DNA from: Elusimicrobiota bacterium
GTDB lineage: Bacteria; CG03; SLGR01; JAGXOG01
Length of the DNA stretch: 11,278 nt
Direction of reading: 5' to 3'
Assembly: GCA_051745145.1 (NCBI GenBank)
Contig: JBNJDT010000048.1
Location: forward strand, 1 to 11,278
The translations under genes were made by a program, and so were the position numbers. The notes under the pieces are model-generated. The model did no database searches and had not been told where the DNA came from. It worked only from the letters and a program-made list of their open reading frames with translations. Positions 6,499 to 11,278 of the stretch are shown one piece after another. The first letter of the stretch is position 1. Each line of letters opens with the position of its first letter.

Positions 6499-9400
6499 TT
6501 TCTGAATTACCTTCTTCTGTTTTTTTATTATTCAAACCGTTTTGTATTTTCACCTGTACTCTTTTTAAACCTTTGGAAAAATAATCCTCTGCTTCCTTGG
6601 TTTGCTCCTGAATATTCTTTTTTAAATTATCTAAACCTTTTTGTAAAGGTTCATCTTTCTTAGCTCCCCCCGCGCCTATTACTTGTTCTTCGTCGATAAA
6701 ATCATCCTGTTTATTAACTTCTTTTTCGTCTTCTTTCTTAGAATTCCCTGAACCTATTACCTGATTGTCAGCAATAATTTCTTCTTTTGCTTCTGTATCT
6801 GTTTGAGCTGTCTTTTCTTTTTTTATTTTTTCTTTGAGAGATTCTAATTTATCTTTTAGTTCAGAATTAATCGCTTTATACTTTTCTGCTTTTTTCTGCT
6901 CTAATTTTATTTTTTGTTCTAACTCTTCACTTATGTTTTCTTTTATAGAATCTTCAGCTTTTAATTTTGATTTATAAGTTTTATTTTTTTCTCTTAATTC
7001 TTTTATCTTGGACTTACTGTTTTCGAGCTCATCTTCTAATTTATTTTTCTTTTCCTTTAAAATTTCTTCTTTTGATTCACTGTTATTGAGCTTATCCTCA
7101 AGTTTATTTATCTTATTTTCCAGGTTTTCTTCTTTTAAAGTCGTATTTTCTTTAACTCTTTTGAGTTCTGACTTTATGCTGTTTTTCTCGTTTTTAATTT
7201 TTGTCAAAGTAGTTTCTTTATCAGTAAGTTGTTCTTCAAGTTCATCGATTTGGGTTTGAAAACTTTCTTTTTCTGAATTGTATTTTTTCTTAAGATTTTT
7301 AATCTTTTTTTGTAAACTCTTTTTTTCGTCTTTAAAGTCGGAGACTTTTTCTTTCAAATTTTCAAGTTCATTTTCTGCTGAATATTTTTCCTGAGTTAAT
7401 TTATTTATTTTATCTTTATTTCCGTCAAGCAAAGTTTTTAAATTGTTTACCTGGGCCTGATATTCTTGAACTTTTTCGGTTAGTTTGCTTTCTTCCAATT
7501 CTTTTTCGTTAAGTTTTTCTTTTAAATTATTTATTTTATTTTCCAGGCTTGTCTTCTCTGAATTATATTTTTCTTTAAGATTATTTGTCTCTTCTTTTAT
7601 AGATTTTTTTTCTTTTCTGATTTCTGCAAGTTCTGACTTCAGTACATTCAGTTCATTTTTTAAATTTTTCTTTTCTCTTTTTAATTCTTTAACTTTACTG
7701 TGTCTTTCATCTATTTTACGTTTTAAGTTATCTTTTTCGTCCTTATGTGCTTCGATTTCTTTGTTTAAGGAACTTTCGCTTTTTTCTTTCTCATTTTTAA
7801 TTTTTCTTAATTTTGCGTATAAAGAGTCTAAATTGTTTTCAACAGATTCTTTTTCTTCTTCTAAATATTTAATTCTGCTGTTGTTTTCCTGTATTTTTTT
7901 CTTTAAGCGTTCTTTGTCTTCTCTGTGAGATTTTAAATCATCTATTAAGGTATGTTCGTTGGTCTCTTTTTTATTAAGTTTTTCTGTTAAAATATCTATC
8001 TGATTTTTTAGTTTATTCTCTTTTTCATTAAAATTTTCCCTGAGGTTACTAAGATTAGATTTTAAACTTTCTTTTTCACCGGCCAGGGTAGTTAATCTAG
8101 AATGCAGGTTGTTTATTTTATTCTCTTTATTATTTTTTTCCTCTCTTAATTTAATAACTTCATCATTAGTATTTTGAAGTTTAGTATCCAGGGTATTTGC
8201 CTGTTCCTTATGAAAATTTAATTTTTCGATTAACACTTGTTCATTTGTCTCTTTTTCATGAAGCTTTCTTTTAAGTTCTGTGATTTGTGTTTTATATTTT
8301 TCTTCTTCGGTATTAAATTTTTGGGTAATTTCATTAAGATTAGTTTCTAAATCTTCTTTTTTGTCTTTAAAAAATGTTAATTTATCGTGTAAAATAGAAA
8401 TTTTTTCTTCCAGGTTTTCTTTTTTATCTTCCAGAGATTTAATTTTATTTTTGCTTTCCAGAACTATATCTTTTTGATTTTTTCGGACCTGTAATTCACT
8501 GGACAGTTTCTGCTCATTTATTTTCTTTTGACTGAGTTTTTCTTTTAGATTATTAATCTGATCCTTAAGGTTTTCTTTCTCTGTTTGATACTTGTATTCA
8601 AGATTATTGTACTTTGATTTTATGTCTTCTTTTGTATTTTGAGTTTCGGTTAATTTTGTACGTAGAATATCCAACTCGTTTTCCATATTGAATTTTTTTT
8701 GTTTTAAATCTTTAATTTTACTTTGACTTTCCTCAATATTATGCTTTAATTGATTTTTATCTTCCCGGTGATTTTTTAAATCTTCAATTAATTCGTGTTC
8801 ATCTACTTCTTTTTCCTTAAGTTTATCTTTCAAATTATTTATTTGATTTTTTAGAGTTTCCGTTTCTGAATTAAATTTTTCTTCTAAGGCGTCTATCTTT
8901 TTTATTAAATTTTCTTTTTTATTTTCTGTATCCCTTAACTTATCCTGCAAAATATCTATTTTATTTTTCATATTGTTTTTCTCATCCTTTAACTTCATAA
9001 TTTTACTGTTAGATTTTTGTAATTTACTACTTAGCTGGTTTACTTTTTCTCTGTGGAAATTTAGTTCTTCCGTTAATTCCTGCTTTGAAGTTTCCTTTTC
9101 GTTAAGTTTTTGCTTAAGTTCCTGAATCGTATTTTTGAATCTTTCTTTTTTATCTTCAAAATTTGTTAATTTATCCTGTAATATAGATATCTCATCTTTT
9201 AAATTATTTTTTTCTTCTTTTAAATTTACTACTTTATTTTTTCCGTTCCGGATTTCATTTTTTAAATCATCTTTTTCTTCTCGATAAGCTGCTAGATTTT
9301 CAGTAAGTTCTTTCTCAATGGCTATTTTACCATCAAGTTCATCTTTTAAATTATTTATTTTATCTTCCAGTGTCTTGATTCTGGTTTTGCTTTTTTGTAC

Positions 9401-10237
9401 TTTATCCAGTAAATTATTTTTTTCTTCTCTATGTGAATCTAATTTTTCATTTAATTTTTGTTCTTTAGTTTCTTTTTCGTTGAGTTTTTCCTGTAAATTA
9501 GTTATTTTATTTTCTAAAGTTTCTTTTTTCGCGTCAAATTTTTCCTGTATACCGGAAAGTTTAGTTTTTAAATTCTCTTTTTTGTTTTGAATATCTGTTA
9601 ATTTAGACTGTAAAATATTTATTTCATTCTGCATATCCTGTTTTTCTTTTTTGTGAGATTCTAGTATTTCATTGAATCTTTGTTCATCCAATTTCTTTTC
9701 ATTAAGTTTATTTTTTAAATTATTTATTTGATTTTTAAGATTTTGTTTTTCTGTAGTATATTTTTCAGAAATATTTTCAAATTCTGATTTTATATTATCT
9801 TTTTCATCTTTAATTTCAGTTAACATGGCCCGGAGCATAACTAACTCTTTTTCCCGGGATGTTTTTTCTTTTTTAAGTTTATTAACTTTATTATTTCTTT
9901 TTTCTATAGAGGCTTTTAATTTTTTTTCTTTTTCTTTCCGGGTTTGTAAGTTTTTAGATAATTTTTTTTCTAGTTCCTCTTTCTGGGAGAGGGTCTTTTT
10001 AAGTTCATTGTTGAGACTTTTTAATCGGTCTCTCTCGTTTTCAATTTCTTCTTTTTCAGAAAGAGTGGATTGTAATTTTGTTACCTTATCTTTTAATTGT
10101 TCTTTTTCGGCGTTAAGCCGATCACATTTGTTTTGCAGGCGGACCTCATTTTTTTTGAGCTCTCTTATTTCTTTAACTTTGCTTTTTATTTCCGGTGTTA
10201 ATTCACTCTCTTGTTTTATGGTTTGTTTGTTAATCAA
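6491..10237 (-). CDS. Giant K/E/N-rich coiled-coil protein with degenerate 95-aa repeats (unknown function; not an SMC ATPase)
   Basis: This 1248-aa ORF has a continuous heptad pattern and essentially no Pro through the rod. It has no signal peptide, TM helix or Walker motifs. A GGAGG RBS lies at 10255-10251, and the stop overlaps the receiver start by 8 nt. Confidence 0.85.
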   Translation of the reverse strand: MINKQTIKQESELTPEIKSKVKEIRELKKNEVRLQNKCDRLNAEKEQLKDKVTKLQSTLSEKEEIENERDRLKSLNNELKKTLSQKEELEKKLSKNLQTRKEKEKKLKASIEKRNNKVNKLKKEKTSREKELVMLRAMLTEIKDEKDNIKSEFENISEKYTTEKQNLKNQINNLKNKLNEKKLDEQRFNEILESHKKEKQDMQNEINILQSKLTDIQNKKENLKTKLSGIQEKFDAKKETLENKITNLQEKLNEKETKEQKLNEKLDSHREEKNNLLDKVQKSKTRIKTLEDKINNLKDELDGKIAIEKELTENLAAYREEKDDLKNEIRNGKNKVVNLKEEKNNLKDEISILQDKLTNFEDKKERFKNTIQELKQKLNEKETSKQELTEELNFHREKVNQLSSKLQKSNSKIMKLKDEKNNMKNKIDILQDKLRDTENKKENLIKKIDALEEKFNSETETLKNQINNLKDKLKEKEVDEHELIEDLKNHREDKNQLKHNIEESQSKIKDLKQKKFNMENELDILRTKLTETQNTKEDIKSKYNNLEYKYQTEKENLKDQINNLKEKLSQKKINEQKLSSELQVRKNQKDIVLESKNKIKSLEDKKENLEEKISILHDKLTFFKDKKEDLETNLNEITQKFNTEEEKYKTQITELKRKLHEKETNEQVLIEKLNFHKEQANTLDTKLQNTNDEVIKLREEKNNKENKINNLHSRLTTLAGEKESLKSNLSNLRENFNEKENKLKNQIDILTEKLNKKETNEHTLIDDLKSHREDKERLKKKIQENNSRIKYLEEEKESVENNLDSLYAKLRKIKNEKEKSESSLNKEIEAHKDEKDNLKRKIDERHSKVKELKREKKNLKNELNVLKSELAEIRKEKKSIKEETNNLKEKYNSEKTSLENKINNLKEKLNEKELEESKLTEKVQEYQAQVNNLKTLLDGNKDKINKLTQEKYSAENELENLKEKVSDFKDEKKSLQKKIKNLKKKYNSEKESFQTQIDELEEQLTDKETTLTKIKNEKNSIKSELKRVKENTTLKEENLENKINKLEDKLNNSESKEEILKEKKNKLEDELENSKSKIKELREKNKTYKSKLKAEDSIKENISEELEQKIKLEQKKAEKYKAINSELKDKLESLKEKIKKEKTAQTDTEAKEEIIADNQVIGSGNSKKEDEKEVNKQDDFIDEEQVIGAGGAKKDEPLQKGLDNLKKNIQEQTKEAEDYFSKGLKRVQVKIQNGLNNKKTEEGNSENE
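7210..9970 (-). repeat. Intragenic degenerate tandem repeat, ~11 units, base period 285 nt (95 aa)
   Basis: The unit KY/FNSEKExLKNQINNLKEKLNEKExxExxLxExLxxHRExK recurs. Manually counted anchor residues fall at aa 100,195,269,318,395,490,585,676,771,831,926. DNA similarity is visible, e.g. AAATTATTTATTTGATTTTT near 8832 and 9717. Confidence 0.85.
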
Positions 10238-10250
10238 TTTAATCTTTTTG

Positions 10251-10255
10251 CCTCC
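10251..10255 (-). promoter_or_regulatory. Ribosome-binding site (GGAGG) for the coiled-coil gene
   Basis: CCTCC on the + strand; 13 nt from the TTG at 10237 and 7 nt from an in-frame ATT at 10243. Confidence 0.7.
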
Positions 10256-10473
10256 GTAATTTATTTTACAATTTTAATTAAACAGTTATTTAATTTAAAC
10301 AATTAAACCAGGTATAATTTAAGGTAAATATTACTAATTAAATTGTCTACAAAATATATAGTTACTTCAATACTAATGATATTTATGAAAATATCAAGAT
10401 TTATTAAATTCATATTACAATTAATAATAATTTCTTAGAGTAATTGATTAACAAATATTTTTAATCTTATACT

Positions 10474-10502
10474 ATTATAATACAAAAACTAGACTATAAC
10501 AA
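10474..10502 (-). promoter_or_regulatory. Candidate sigma70 promoter for the coiled-coil operon
   Basis: Minus strand reads TTGTTA (10502-10497), a 17-nt spacer, then TATAAT (10479-10474). The region is very AT-rich, so a chance match is possible. Confidence 0.4.
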
Positions 10503-10656
10503 GGTTTAAGGATTGAATTAAGTAAAAATACTCACATTTTTTTGTCTTTTCAAATTTTTCAAAGTTTCACTAACGAGCTTATACGCGGGTAGGCACACCA
10601 CCCTTATTAAAATACTACAAATCAAAATAAAAGCATTTATAATATTAGAATTATAG

Positions 10657-10675
10657 AGTTGATACAGTTGATACA
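10657..10675 (+). repeat. Perfect tandem 9-bp direct repeat (AGTTGATAC)x2+A
   Basis: AGTTGATAC at 10657-10665 and 10666-10674, about 80 nt upstream of the -35 of the MerR-like gene promoter. Confidence 0.75.
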
Positions 10676-10754
10676 CATTTAGTATTTTTTGTAGGTGCCT
10701 ATAAAAACTAATTGATTGCTTAACTTTAAAAGCTCAAACTTTTCTAATTTTTAT

Positions 10755-10783
10755 TTGCATTCTCTTGCTGTTTTTGGTATAAA
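10755..10783 (+). promoter_or_regulatory. Sigma70-type promoter with extended -10
   Basis: TTGCAT (10755-10760), a 17-nt spacer, then TATAAA (10778-10783) preceded by TGn. It lies ~60 nt upstream of the ATG at 10843. Confidence 0.7.
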
Positions 10784-10842
10784 TATTAGAAATATTGGAA
10801 GTTCTGAAGTTGGCGGTTAAAAATAAAGGAGGTAAATTAAAA

Positions 10843-11070
10843 ATGAGGACCACAACAGCTGAAACGGTAAAAATTGGACAGATAGCCAAAAGTTGTAATC
10901 TTCCGGTTTCAACAATCAGGTATTATCTTAACAAAGGGTTAATTAAAGAGGAATATCGAACTCCCGGCGGAGTTAGATTGTTTGATAGGGAAAAGACCGT
11001 ACAAAAAGTTAAAAAGATAAGAGGTAGTAGTAAAAAACTTACTTTGGAGCAGTTAAAAGAGATAGTATAG
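10843..11070 (+). CDS. Small MerR-family winged-HTH protein (DNA-binding domain only, 75 aa)
   Basis: It contains VKIGQIAKSCNLPVSTIRYYLNKGLI..RTPGGVRLFD, the MerR HTH plus wing. A strong RBS AAGGAGGT at 10826-10833 supports ATG 10843 over the ORF-track TTG at 10795. Confidence 0.9.
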   Translation: MRTTTAETVKIGQIAKSCNLPVSTIRYYLNKGLIKEEYRTPGGVRLFDREKTVQKVKKIRGSSKKLTLEQLKEIV

Positions 11071-11150
11071 GCAAGAAACTGTAAATACTACAACATACTG
11101 CATATCACTCAAGGGATTGGAGTGGGTTGTAGGTATGCGTATATATTATA

Positions 11151-11278
11151 ATGATAAACAATAAAAAAATTAAAAAAGGAATTGTTTTTACATTAGCCAC
11201 TTTAGGCTTAGTTATACTGAGCTTTAGGCCGGTTAATGCAGCAAATTATTTATCCAACTGGCATTTTGATAACTGGAT
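11151..11278 (+). CDS. N-terminus of a secreted protein, truncated by the window end (not in the ORF track)
   Basis: The ATG at 11151 is open to the end: MINNKKIKKGIVFTLATLGLVILSFRPVNA|ANYLSNWHFDNW. This is a classic Sec signal peptide. The mature start resembles the NxLxNxxFExW pattern of galactose-binding-like/CBM domains. No close SD is evident. Confidence 0.7.
   Translation, partial: MINNKKIKKGIVFTLATLGLVILSFRPVNAANYLSNWHFDNW

Noticed and set aside
8690..10160. T8 homopolymer tracts as phase-variation sites
   Set aside because: Such tracts are expected from runs of AAA Lys codons in this gene, and the frame is intact.
6491..10237. Annotation as SMC/SbcC or phage tape-measure protein
   Set aside because: There is no Walker A/B, signature motif or hinge. 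It lacks the Ala/Gly-rich tape-measure composition, and there are no phage genes nearby.
5327..10259. Short Phe/Ser/Leu-rich + strand ORFs (5327, 6278, 7008, 7485, 8280, 9318, 9825) and the minus ORF 5505-5750
   Set aside because: The + strand ORFs are reverse-complement artefacts of Lys/Glu-rich codons, so their apparent hydrophobicity does not indicate membrane proteins. The minus ORF is an alternate-frame overlap inside the TPR gene.
10256..10790. CRISPR array, tRNA or replication origin in the AT-rich spacer
   Set aside because: I saw no regularly spaced repeats with spacers, no cloverleaf and no cluster of DnaA boxes (TTATCCACA).
10795..10842. ORF-track TTG start for the MerR-like gene
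   Set aside because: It lies almost at the predicted transcription start, with no SD. ATG 10843 has AAGGAGGT at 9 nt spacing.
11151..11200. Type IV prepilin cleavage site (KKG|I)
   Set aside because: There is no Glu at +5, and a clear SPase I site (VNA|A) follows the h-region.

Overview
This is an AT-rich bacterial window (standard code; TGA is used as stop) with three blocks. (1) A + strand envelope operon at 1-4848: a 5'-truncated secreted protein with two tandem Ig/chaperone-like domains, a 704-aa multi-FN3 protein ending in a gliding-motility/T9SS type-B-like (FlgD-Ig) C-terminal domain, and a translationally coupled PorP/SprF-PorV-like outer-membrane beta-barrel with an unusual CARDB-FN3-helical tail. 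(2) A convergent, tightly coupled - strand operon at 10237-4945: a 1248-aa coiled-coil protein built from a degenerate 95-aa repeat, a stand-alone CheY-like receiver, and a signal peptide-TPR-TM-HEAT protein. (3) A ~600-bp divergent regulatory region with sigma70-like promoters and repeats, a 75-aa MerR-type HTH-only protein, a structured spacer and the start of another secreted protein. The domain architecture suggests a diderm outside the Bacteroidota, with an Elusimicrobiota-like flavour (inference only). The best candidates for novel systems are a T9SS-like surface-display or fimbrial module and a giant coiled-coil/receiver/transmembrane scaffold module. CCGG is also strikingly over-represented. 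All family calls come from motif recognition by eye; no searches were run.
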